NCBI GenBank assembly: GCA_029249645.1
Contig: JAQWWC010000080.1
Coordinates: 1 to 49,248, forward strand
Length of the DNA stretch: 49,248 nucleotides
DNA from: Pseudomonadales bacterium
GTDB taxonomy: Bacteria; Pseudomonadota; Gammaproteobacteria; Pseudomonadales; Azotimanducaceae
Reading direction: 5' to 3'
The notes under the pieces are model-generated. The model had not been told where the DNA came from. It ran no database searches and saw only the letters and a list, made by a program, of their open reading frames with translations. The translations under genes and the position numbers were made by a program. Below, one piece after another: positions 1 to 8,991 of this stretch. Every line of letters starts with the position of its first letter. The first letter of the stretch is position 1.

Positions 1-205
1 GATTGTGATGTAGGCTCCACGTGACGTCGCCATAATCACCATGGTGACAAATTTGCGCAACAATTTTCCCCGCATAATCGAGTCGGTCAATATCCGTGTC
101 AACCAGCGCGAAATGCGCCTTTCGGAGTTTTGGATAAGATAGCAGGTCTGCTGTTAGCCGGCTTGAGAACACTAAGCTTCCAGCTCCAATAATCACAATT
201 TTCAT
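1..205 (-). CDS. Glycoside hydrolase family 4 (alpha-galactosidase/6-phospho-glucosidase-like), N-terminal fragment running off the window
   Basis: My reverse-complement translation from the ATG at 205 gives MKIVIIGAGSLVFSSRLTADLLSYPKLRKAHFALVDTDIDRLDYAGK. This fits the GH4 N-terminal Rossmann pattern (GAGS.VF ... L.DID..RL). Only 68 codons are visible. Confidence 0.55.
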   Translation of the reverse strand, partial: MKIVIIGAGSLVFSSRLTADLLSYPKLRKAHFALVDTDIDRLDYAGKIVAQICHHGDYGDVTWSLHHN

Positions 206-244
206 CTGCACGCTCCGCACTCAAAAAGGATCCAAAAACGAGTA

Positions 245-1045
245 CTAATTACCTTTAAAGTCCGGCTCGCGTTTTTCCATATATGCCGTTACGGCTTCCG
301 AAAAATCGTTTGATTTGAATAGATTTAAGACCGACATCAAAACATGATGCGAATGGCTTTCGAAGTCCTGGGTAAGACCATGTCGAAACAATCGTTTCAT
401 TTCCGCAATGGCCAATGGTGCGTTCGCTGAAATTTTATCGCACCAAGCTAGAGCCGTTTCCATTAGCTGTGCCTCCGAGATAACTCGATTAACCAAACCA
501 TAATCCAATGCCTGCTCTGCAGACATTGGGTCTCCCAGCATCGAGATCTCACAGGCCTTAGCCCACCCAAGCAATCGTGGCAGATACCAAGTGCCGCCGC
601 TTTCAGGAATAACCCCCATCTTGGCGAATCCTGGCAATAGTTTGGCCCGGTCGGAGATCAGGCGCATATCGCAACCTAGCGCCAAATCCAACCCATAACC
701 TGCCGCCGCACCGTTAATCGCAGCAATTACAGGCGTGTCCATTCGTTGTAACGTAACCGTACAAATTTCTCGGGTCGAGTAGTGGCTCGCGCCTTGACTA
801 TTGCCCAAAGTACCGGCTATTCCCTCGCCGGCGGATGCTTGTTTCAGGTCTAGGCCCGAACAAAAGGCGCGCCCGGCCCCGGTAATCACAACGGCGCGTA
901 CCTGGGGGGCATCATCCGCCGCCTTTAACGCGGTATTAAGGTCCGCCAGCATCTGTGACGTAATCGCATTCATTGCCTCTGGGCGATTAAGCGTGATGAT
1001 TTGAGTGTGTCCGACGCGTTCTGAAAGGATTGGGGCAGCTGTCAT
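245..1045 (-). CDS. Enoyl-CoA hydratase/isomerase (crotonase) family protein
   Basis: 266-aa ORF. It has the crotonase N-terminus ITLNRPEAMNA and the oxyanion-hole motif VITGAGRAFCSGLDLK. Confidence 0.85.
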   Translation of the reverse strand: MTAAPILSERVGHTQIITLNRPEAMNAITSQMLADLNTALKAADDAPQVRAVVITGAGRAFCSGLDLKQASAGEGIAGTLGNSQGASHYSTREICTVTLQRMDTPVIAAINGAAAGYGLDLALGCDMRLISDRAKLLPGFAKMGVIPESGGTWYLPRLLGWAKACEISMLGDPMSAEQALDYGLVNRVISEAQLMETALAWCDKISANAPLAIAEMKRLFRHGLTQDFESHSHHVLMSVLNLFKSNDFSEAVTAYMEKREPDFKGN

Positions 1046-1105
1046 ATGCGGTGTCCTGTGATCGTTAATGCTTCAAAGCAGGGTGGGCGTTCAGCCAAAG
1101 TCGCG

Positions 1106-1885
1106 TTATCGCGGCCCTTGACTATCATCGATTTTAATGACTGTCCCCGTGACGCATTCGGAGGCAGGTGATACCAAAAATAACAGCGTGCTGTCCATTT
1201 GTGCAGGCTGGCAAATTCGTTTTCTCGGGAAGTGTTGGCTAATATCCCCCATCCGGGACAACATCCCGTCCATCATCTCACTTGAGAAAGCTCCCGGGGC
1301 AATACAGTTCACGTTGATCGGATATCGCGACCACTCAACGGCTAAAGATTCCGTCATTCGCACGACCGCGCTCTTAGTGGTTGAGTACAGGGTCGCCGCC
1401 GATTGCGCGGTGGTGTTAAACGCCGCAACCGATGCGATGTTTACAATTCTGCCCGACAGTCCGGTATCGATGAGCCGTTTCGCAACCTCGACAGATAGCA
1501 CCCAAGGGCCAATGAGGTTCGTGTCAAATACGGCGTCCATCAACGGATCATCTATTTTAACGGCGCGCTGCGCATCTGGAATCCCAGCATTGTTCACTAA
1601 GATTGTCACCGTTCCAAAGATAGCCTCGGCTTCCTTGAGCGCCGCACGAATACTGTCTCGATCTGTCATATCAATGGCAATTGCCGCAGCGATGCCGCCG
1701 GAAGCGTTGATTTCCTGACTCAAAGCCTCGAGACGATCCACCCGGCGCCCTGTGACCACAACCTTTGCGCCACAAGCTGCGAGAACCTGCGCAAACCTGC
1801 GGCCCAGTCCCGCTGTCGTGCCCGTGACAAACGCGACTTGACCGGTTAAATCGGTTGATATGTTGGGGAGAGGGAAGTCTGTCAT
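1106..1885 (-). CDS. SDR family short-chain dehydrogenase/reductase
   Basis: Contains TGTTAGLGR (the TGxxxGxG cofactor motif), NNAG, and the catalytic YSTTK (YxxxK). I chose the ATG at 1885 (MTDFPLPN) because AAGGAA lies about 6 nt upstream. The longest ORF extends to 1918. Confidence 0.85.
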   Translation of the reverse strand: MTDFPLPNISTDLTGQVAFVTGTTAGLGRRFAQVLAACGAKVVVTGRRVDRLEALSQEINASGGIAAAIAIDMTDRDSIRAALKEAEAIFGTVTILVNNAGIPDAQRAVKIDDPLMDAVFDTNLIGPWVLSVEVAKRLIDTGLSGRIVNIASVAAFNTTAQSAATLYSTTKSAVVRMTESLAVEWSRYPINVNCIAPGAFSSEMMDGMLSRMGDISQHFPRKRICQPAQMDSTLLFLVSPASECVTGTVIKIDDSQGPR

Positions 1886-2137
1886 GAGGGTTCCTTTGTT
1901 AAGATTTAGTCGGGTCAAATTATCCGATTCATTTTGGGTTCATCCGTCTTGGATGATCCTTTGCGTTGCAGGTAAGTAAGCCCCTCGCAACGCGTTGCCT
2001 AGAGAGAGTAAACCACAATTTTAAGCATCGCTGGATGCCTAAAATCATTGAGACCTTTCAGGTACAGTTACCAAACTAATCTCAATCAGACTCGCCTTGT
2101 GCTTCATGCCTCGAGTGATGATTACGATGACGCGTAG

Positions 2138-3274
2138 TCAAGACCATAAAATATCACCCGACACATTCGCAATATTGGTGCGGCCACAAAACGCCATGGT
2201 TAAATCTAGTTCGTTACGGAGGATGTTTAAGGTTTCTTGAACCCCGGTCTCTCCGAGCGCACCCAATCCGTAGATGTAGGCCCGACCAATTAATGTACCA
2301 TCAGCGCCGCTAGCCAGCGCCCGCAACACGTCTTGACCACTGCGAATCCCGCCGTCCATCAACACCTCGATTCGATCACCCACAGCGGCTTTGATTGCCG
2401 GCAAGACTTGAATGCTCGCCGGGGCGCCATCTAATTGACGGCCGCCATGGTTTGAAACGATGATGGCATCCGCGCCATGGTCTCGGGCAAGGCAGGCATC
2501 TTCTGGGGTCATAATGCCTTTGATAATAAGCGGGCCACCCCAAAGATCTTTTATCCAGGCGACATCGTCCCAATTCAAACCGGGATCGAATTGCTGCCGA
2601 GTCCACTCGGATAGGGACCCCGTATCTTTAACCCCAGCGACATGACCAATAATATTGCCAAAGTCGCGTCGGGGCGTGCCAAGCATGCCTAAGCCCCAGC
2701 GCGGTTTTGTGGCCATATTGATGATGTTTTTCAGCGTCGGTTTCGGGGGTGTCGAGAGCCCGTTTTTAATATCTTTATGCCGTTGCCCAAGAATTTGCAA
2801 ATCGACCGTGAGCACCAATGCGCTGCATTCGGCGGCTTTGGCGCGTTGAATCAGGCGACGCATAAAGTCTCGGTCGCGCATAACGTAGAGTTGAAACCAA
2901 AAGGGCGCTGAGGTCCTGGTTGCAACATCCTCAATACTACAAATGCTCATCGTCGACAGGGTATAAGGCACCCCAAAGCGTGCCGCAGCGATTGCCGCTT
3001 TGATTTCACCATCAGCGCGTTGATAGCCGGTTAATCCAACGGGTGCTAAGGCAACCGGCATCGTCACGGGTTGCCCAAGCAGGGTACTGGCAACCGATCG
3101 TTGGGATAAGTCCACAAGGACCCTTTGTTTAAACAGAATATGCTGCAGCGCCGTCTCATTACTTTTAAAAGTCTGTTCTGTCCACGAACCCGACTCCGTA
3201 TAGTCATAAAACATCTTAGGCACTCGTCGTTTATAGAGTGCTTTAAGATCCTCGATACAAGTAATCGTCGTCAC
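2138..3274 (-). CDS. FMN-dependent alpha-hydroxy-acid dehydrogenase/oxidase (L-lactate dehydrogenase-like)
   Basis: 378 aa. It has the characteristic SNHGGRQLD motif, and its TIM-barrel length and N-terminus (DYTESGSWTEQT) are typical of the family. Confidence 0.85.
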   Translation of the reverse strand: MTTITCIEDLKALYKRRVPKMFYDYTESGSWTEQTFKSNETALQHILFKQRVLVDLSQRSVASTLLGQPVTMPVALAPVGLTGYQRADGEIKAAIAAARFGVPYTLSTMSICSIEDVATRTSAPFWFQLYVMRDRDFMRRLIQRAKAAECSALVLTVDLQILGQRHKDIKNGLSTPPKPTLKNIINMATKPRWGLGMLGTPRRDFGNIIGHVAGVKDTGSLSEWTRQQFDPGLNWDDVAWIKDLWGGPLIIKGIMTPEDACLARDHGADAIIVSNHGGRQLDGAPASIQVLPAIKAAVGDRIEVLMDGGIRSGQDVLRALASGADGTLIGRAYIYGLGALGETGVQETLNILRNELDLTMAFCGRTNIANVSGDILWS

Positions 3275-3386
3275 AGTGATTCCTGCTGCTTGATGAGTAG
3301 ATCATAACAGGGCGAGTTGGCGCTGGCATCCTGGGCGCAATGCAGAGGTTCTGTAATTCAGTTATTCTGAAAAAAAAGGAAAGCTT

Positions 3387-4355
3387 ATGGCAACTTCATG
3401 GCAATACCAAAAAGGTTTACATGCAACCGGCAATGGGATCTATGCCTATTTGCAACCTGATGGCGGCTGGGGTTGGTCAAACGCTGGCCTCATCGTCGAT
3501 AGCGGGGCGTCCTTGTTAGTCGATACATTATTCGACGCGGTGTTAACGCAAGAAATGCTTGACGTGATGGCGGATGCGAGCGGTGTTAGCGCGGACATGA
3601 TTGATACTGTTGTGAATACCCATGCCAACGGCGACCATACCCATGGCAATGGATTGTGTACCAAAGCCGAGGTCATCGCGTCGGAATCCAGCGCCCGCGA
3701 AATGGAAAGTTTCACCCCACAAATGTTAAAAGCCTTTATGGATTCTGCGGACGCGCTGGGCGAGACGGGCGACTATTTAAAAGCAGTATTCGGGCCGTTC
3801 GATTTTGCCAAGGTCGCCGAAAAATTGCCGAGTCGAACCTTTAATGGCGCGCTAACGCTTGCCGTCGGTGACAAATCGGTCGAGCTAATCGAAGTCGGTC
3901 CTGCGCACACCGGCGGCGACGTACTGGTTTACGTTCCTGACGACCGCACGATTTTTACTGGGGATATCCTCTTCATTGAAGGCACACCGCTTATGTGGGC
4001 GGGTCCGGTCGCGAACTGGATCAAAGCCTGCGATGCCATCATCGAATTAGATCCGGAGGTAATTGTACCGGGCCATGGGCCGCTGACGGATCTAAAAGGC
4101 GTTCGATCCGTTCAAGATTACCTGCGTTATATCGAACGTGAAGCTCGCGCTCGATTCGATGCCGGGTTAAGCGTCCGCGAAGCGGCACTCGATATTGCGC
4201 TTGGCGATTTTGATCGCTGGCTGGATGCGGAGCGCATAGCCATCAATGTTGACACGCTCTATCGCGAATTTAGCGGCCATGCCGGCACAACCGATACCAT
4301 CGCGTTATTCGGCTTGATGGCGGAAGTCCAGCGCGTGCGGCGGGGTCGTTCGTGA
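3387..4355 (+). CDS. MBL-fold metallo-hydrolase
   Basis: Contains HANGDHTHGN (an HxHxDH-type metal site) and a later PGHGP. The SD sequence AAGGAAA precedes the ATG. Confidence 0.8.
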   Translation: MATSWQYQKGLHATGNGIYAYLQPDGGWGWSNAGLIVDSGASLLVDTLFDAVLTQEMLDVMADASGVSADMIDTVVNTHANGDHTHGNGLCTKAEVIASESSAREMESFTPQMLKAFMDSADALGETGDYLKAVFGPFDFAKVAEKLPSRTFNGALTLAVGDKSVELIEVGPAHTGGDVLVYVPDDRTIFTGDILFIEGTPLMWAGPVANWIKACDAIIELDPEVIVPGHGPLTDLKGVRSVQDYLRYIEREARARFDAGLSVREAALDIALGDFDRWLDAERIAINVDTLYREFSGHAGTTDTIALFGLMAEVQRVRRGRS

Positions 4356-6586
4356 TTGGCTGGCAGCGTTACCCCCTGCTACTGGCCTTGCTGACCGCTT
4401 TGCTGGCGTTTTCACTGAATCAGCAAGCCACTCGGTCGCCAGCGCCGGTTTCGCCCCAAATCGATCGGTTTTCGGCCTACACAGCCTTTGATTTACTGGC
4501 AAGAATTCTAGGAGATGAATCGCCGCATCCGACTGGTTCCGCCGCCAATCATCGAGTTCGGGATGAGCTGATCCTAGTGCTCGCAGAAATGGGTTTGGCG
4601 GTCGACATCCAGCGGCAGTGGGGTTGCTCAAACCGGGCGTCACGCTGCGCGTGGGTCGAGAATTTGATTGCGGAAATTCCCGGATCAGAAACTGGGCCAT
4701 ACCTTGCTCTAATGGCGCACTACGATTCAGTGCCGGTCGCGCCTGGGGCGGGCGATGACGGGGCAGGGGTTGTTGCGGTACTGGAAACCGCGAAACGCCT
4801 CATGAAGGAGCCCGCTCTAAAGTGGCCGGTTTTGCTACTTTTGACCGATGCGGAAGAGCTGGGATTACTCGGTGCAGAGGCCTTCTTCGCCAATCATCCC
4901 AAGCGAGACCAGATTGGCTTGCTGATTAACATTGAAGGTTCCGGTTCAAGCGGCGTCAGCCAGATCATTCGAACCCATGGCCCGAACCAACAGCTCATTG
5001 ACCTCTACGGCGATGCTGAACGCCCCTCGGGTATGTCGTTGATTAATGAAATTTTCAAACGCATGCCCAACGATACTGATTTCAGTGTTTCAAAACGAGC
5101 AGGGGTGCCGGGCGCGGACTTTGCCTTTGCAGCCGAGCGCAGTCGCTATCACACGCGGCTCGATAACCTTGCTTTGCTTGATCTTTCGACCTTGCAACAT
5201 CATGGCGACAACCTGTGGCCACTGACCCGAGATTTAGCCCTGGCTGACCAGCTCACCGCGCCGCGCGCCGTAAGCTATCAAGGATTTTATGGTTGGTGGC
5301 TAGATTCTCCTTATTGGGTGAATACCACCTGTTTTTTAATCGTCTCGCTCCTGTTGTTGCTCACAACGTTCCGACAGAAGCGGCCTCTCAGGCTCATCGC
5401 AGGTGCAGCCGCTTTGACGGGGGTCATGATGCTCGCGCTGGTTGTGACCGGTCTTACCTTTTCCGCTTTGTGGTGGGCGAAAGGGGCCACGGTGCATTGG
5501 CCTGCCTATGACGCGCCGCTACGATATCTGTTGTTTTGTCTACCACTGATCGTGCTGTTGCAATGCGCCACAATAAAATTGGCTCAGGGCGTACAATTTT
5601 CGCAGCGCGTGCTTGCGGCTCTGTGGATTTGGTGGATAGCAGGCCTCACCTTCCTGATTTGGCTACCCGATGCCTTGAACCTCGTGTTACCGGTTCTCAG
5701 CTTTGGCGCGCTCTTGGTGTTCTTTGCGCCAATATTGCGACCTAGTACCGTTTTTATCGCCGCGCTAGCTTTATTGTGGCTTGCAGTGCCAGGATCACTG
5801 GGTCTTGTTTTACCCCTCGAGCAAAGCCAAGGCTATCACTTGATCGTAGCGACCCTGCCGTTTTTAGGATTGTTTTTAGTCCTACTTGCGCCCTTTGCAG
5901 CAGAGCAGAGCGCACGTTTAGCTCGGCTTGTATTGGTCTACGGGGCACTGGTTTCGATCGCGTTAGTCTTGGTACTTCCCTTGCACAGCGCAACGCGTCC
6001 ACAACACGTTAATTTTAGATTGGTCGTGGACCCTGATGGCGCGGCAACAGTTGCAACCACCAGTTCGGATCGATTGGGCCCAAACTGGTCCTGGGCTGGC
6101 CCCGCGGGGATTAAGACGCAACTGCCGTTTGAACAAGGTTTTGCGCATCGGCAACTGAGCGCGCCGCCAATGTCTGCGTACACTCAACCGTCAGTTACCG
6201 CGGCAAAAACAATCCTGGCAGGGCAAGCAACTTATGCGCTTTCCGTTATCCTGCCAACCAATCCCGACTGGTTCAGCTTGGTTGTAACCGAGGCTCGTGA
6301 TGACCTGCAATTTGAATTAGGGGGTGTTCAAAGGCCCGTCATGACAAACCGTTGGGGATCCTTAAAGGGCCAAAAAGTGCTTCAAATCAATGGTATTAAG
6401 GGCCAACCGGCGATTGCACTCAAGCTGATTCAATCCGGTAATCAGCCGATCGCGGGGTATGTAGTGGCAGGGCACTATGGCTTGCCAGAGACGCTTTCGG
6501 AATGGTCGCAAGGCCGAGGGGAAACAGCCGTTCCAAACCGAACGGGAGATCACACGCTAACCTACGCACCCTTTAGATTGGAGTAA
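4352..6586 (+). CDS. M28-family zinc aminopeptidase domain fused to a polytopic membrane domain (ERMP1/FXNA-like architecture)
   Basis: The N-terminal part carries M28 metal-ligand blocks (HYDSV, GAGDDGAGV, TDAEELGLLGAE). Residues about 320-560 are a run of hydrophobic helices. The GTG start overlaps the upstream stop (GTGA). Confidence 0.8.
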   Translation: MIGWQRYPLLLALLTALLAFSLNQQATRSPAPVSPQIDRFSAYTAFDLLARILGDESPHPTGSAANHRVRDELILVLAEMGLAVDIQRQWGCSNRASRCAWVENLIAEIPGSETGPYLALMAHYDSVPVAPGAGDDGAGVVAVLETAKRLMKEPALKWPVLLLLTDAEELGLLGAEAFFANHPKRDQIGLLINIEGSGSSGVSQIIRTHGPNQQLIDLYGDAERPSGMSLINEIFKRMPNDTDFSVSKRAGVPGADFAFAAERSRYHTRLDNLALLDLSTLQHHGDNLWPLTRDLALADQLTAPRAVSYQGFYGWWLDSPYWVNTTCFLIVSLLLLLTTFRQKRPLRLIAGAAALTGVMMLALVVTGLTFSALWWAKGATVHWPAYDAPLRYLLFCLPLIVLLQCATIKLAQGVQFSQRVLAALWIWWIAGLTFLIWLPDALNLVLPVLSFGALLVFFAPILRPSTVFIAALALLWLAVPGSLGLVLPLEQSQGYHLIVATLPFLGLFLVLLAPFAAEQSARLARLVLVYGALVSIALVLVLPLHSATRPQHVNFRLVVDPDGAATVATTSSDRLGPNWSWAGPAGIKTQLPFEQGFAHRQLSAPPMSAYTQPSVTAAKTILAGQATYALSVILPTNPDWFSLVVTEARDDLQFELGGVQRPVMTNRWGSLKGQKVLQINGIKGQPAIALKLIQSGNQPIAGYVVAGHYGLPETLSEWSQGRGETAVPNRTGDHTLTYAPFRLE

Positions 6587-6622
6587 AACCGTGTTGACCC
6601 GCTTCTTGAAGACACCCGTGTT

Positions 6623-8818
6623 ATGAACGCGCACTTTGTATCGTCAGCACTGATCTTTTGCAGTCTCTTTTTGAGCTTGAGTTTAAGCGCAAGCGGGCCG
6701 TCTTCAGCTGCAACCCTAGATCGACCAAAGATTGGCCTAGTGTTGGCGGGTGGAGGGGCTCGAGGCGCGGCTCACATCGGCGTTTTGAAGTATCTCGAGG
6801 ATCATCGCATTCCCGTGGATCTTGTCACGGGTACCAGTATCGGCGCCATTATCGGCGGTTTATATGCCTCAGGGTTGTCTGCGCGAGAAATTGAAACCTT
6901 AATGCTTGAGATGGATTGGGAGCAAGCGCTGGTTGATGACGTGCCCAGACAAGATCGCTCTATGAAGCGTAAGTTTCGAGAAGACCAGTTTTCGATTCCC
7001 GGGACGCCTGGCTATCAAGGCGGCGTATTGAAAATACCCAGTGGCGCGATCCAAGGCCAAAATGTCATTTTAGCCCTGCAGGCGATGACCCAGCATGTCG
7101 CCCACGTCATCGATTTTGATGCCTTACCGCGGCCTTTTAAGGCGGTCGCCACCGATATTGTGACCGGTGAAATGGTGGTGTTGGATAAAGGTAATTTAGC
7201 CGTCGCGCTTAGGGCCTCGATGGGCGTACCCGCAGTTTTCGCGCCGATCGAAGTCGATGGCAGGTTACTCGTCGATGGCGGCATTACCAACAACCTTCCT
7301 GTTGAACTGGCCCAGGCAATGGGCGCTGACGTACTGATTGTCGTCGACATCACCTCACCAATGTTGCCAAAGGCGGCGTTGGGTAATTTGCTGACTATCA
7401 CAGACCAACTCACGAGACTGCTTGTTGTGAACAACACGCAAGTCCAGAAGGCGCGGCTCACCGCAGACGACATCCTAGTCGTGCCCGATCTTGAGGACTT
7501 TTCTGCGGTGGACTTCAGCACCGCGGCGGGCGCGATCAAGATCGGTGAAGAAACAATCGCAGCAAAACGGCAGGCGCTTAGACCGTTCATGCAAAGCCAG
7601 GAGGCCTACGTCTCGGTCACAAAACCGACTGCCCGAAGGCCAACCGTTGCGGGCATTGACTTAGTGAACGAATCGGGTCTTGCCAACACGGTATTAAGCA
7701 AAAGGATCTTTACCAAAGTAGGGGATCGATTCAATTTGAAACAGGTAGCACGCGACGTAAACCGCATTCATGGCCTAGGTCACTTCGAGCTCGTTTCGTT
7801 TACCCAAACGCAAAAAGCAGATCAGACCGCTTTAGCCATCAGCGCCGACAAAAAGGCCTGGGGGCCCAATTATCTACATTTTGGGTTTAACCTAGAGAGC
7901 GAGTTTAAGCACGACTCAAGAGTTTCATTCTTGCTGGGTTATTCTCAGCAGGAAGTGTCTCGCTATGGGGCAGAGTGGCTAACGAGCGCAAGTATTGGCG
8001 ATGAACCCAGCCTTGAAAGTTCCCTGTACTGGCCCTTGGATCCAGCTGGCAACATGTTTGGCTATTTGACGGGCGGTTATTCTGATCGGGCACTTTATGA
8101 TTATGAAAACGAGGTCAGAACCACGGTTTATGCTTTACGTGGGTTGGAAGTGACTGCCGGTATCGGCTTTGAGTATCAGGGCCAATGGCGAACCACAGTC
8201 GGGCTTCGCCGCACCGAAGGGCGGGCCCATGCCGTAAGCGGCCTGAGTCAGCGAACCAACTTAGGGTTTGATGAGTCGAGTTTGGAATGGCGTTTTGTAT
8301 TTGATACTCGGGATGATATTGATTTCCCAGCGCATGGGGCGATTATCGATGCCAGCTGGTCGCTTTATCATGAGGCCTTGGGGAGTGAGAATCGATATGG
8401 GCAATGGACACTCCGTGCCGGACGTTACTTCGAAAAAAATGAGCACAATCTCGGCATCAATTTATATCTTGGTGCGGCGACTGATGCCCCCAGTATTAAT
8501 TCAGAGTTTCAGATTGGCGGCTACGGCCTGCTTACTGGCTTGAGCACCCAAGCCCGACGCGGGGCGGCCATGGGCGTCTTATCGGCCATTTATTATCAGC
8601 GCTATAACGCTTTGCCGGCGCTTGATGGCCTGATCGGCGTCACAATGGAATATGGCGGCGCCTGGGATAACACTGACGACGTGTCTGCTGTCGACGCACT
8701 TGGGTCACTCGGCGCCTTTGTTGGAGCTGATACGCCCTTGGGAACATTACAAATTGGCTTTGCCATCGCAGAGGGCGGTCATCGGAACTACTATACAAGA
8801 CTTGGGCGGGTCTTTTAG
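6623..8818 (+). CDS. Patatin-like phospholipase with C-terminal Omp85/BamA-type beta-barrel (PlpD-like type Vd autotransporter)
   Basis: Signal peptide. Patatin motifs are GGGARGAAHIGV (oxyanion hole), GTSIG (GxSxG nucleophile) and VDGGITNNLP (catalytic Asp). The roughly 400-aa C-terminal region is aromatic/Gly-rich and ends in ...YTRLGRVF, as expected for an outer-membrane barrel. Confidence 0.85.
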   Translation: MNAHFVSSALIFCSLFLSLSLSASGPSSAATLDRPKIGLVLAGGGARGAAHIGVLKYLEDHRIPVDLVTGTSIGAIIGGLYASGLSAREIETLMLEMDWEQALVDDVPRQDRSMKRKFREDQFSIPGTPGYQGGVLKIPSGAIQGQNVILALQAMTQHVAHVIDFDALPRPFKAVATDIVTGEMVVLDKGNLAVALRASMGVPAVFAPIEVDGRLLVDGGITNNLPVELAQAMGADVLIVVDITSPMLPKAALGNLLTITDQLTRLLVVNNTQVQKARLTADDILVVPDLEDFSAVDFSTAAGAIKIGEETIAAKRQALRPFMQSQEAYVSVTKPTARRPTVAGIDLVNESGLANTVLSKRIFTKVGDRFNLKQVARDVNRIHGLGHFELVSFTQTQKADQTALAISADKKAWGPNYLHFGFNLESEFKHDSRVSFLLGYSQQEVSRYGAEWLTSASIGDEPSLESSLYWPLDPAGNMFGYLTGGYSDRALYDYENEVRTTVYALRGLEVTAGIGFEYQGQWRTTVGLRRTEGRAHAVSGLSQRTNLGFDESSLEWRFVFDTRDDIDFPAHGAIIDASWSLYHEALGSENRYGQWTLRAGRYFEKNEHNLGINLYLGAATDAPSINSEFQIGGYGLLTGLSTQARRGAAMGVLSAIYYQRYNALPALDGLIGVTMEYGGAWDNTDDVSAVDALGSLGAFVGADTPLGTLQIGFAIAEGGHRNYYTRLGRVF

Positions 8819-8991
8819 CGGCGATACCACACGCCTTGTCCAGTGACGCGAGCCGTCAAGGCGCAATCTCCTCCCGCGATCAGAGGACGGGGCGGGCACG
8901 CCAAATCATGATGCAACTTGGTTTGGGCCGGGCGCCGAAACAAAGGGTGCCGGACGTCAACCATCTTCACCAGCAGCGCGACGGCGTCGAC

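Noticed and set aside
1137-1718. Long antisense ORFs opposite well-supported genes (for example 1137..1718+, 7015..7590-, 19088..19543+, 19808..20170+, 21230..21607+, 32854..33306-, 36659..36964-, 41284..41748-, 42085..42426-).
   Set aside because: Each lies entirely within, and antisense to or out of frame with, a gene that has clear family motifs. Their translations are low-complexity, R/S/A/P-rich, and show no recognisable domains or SD sequences. They are typical shadow ORFs.
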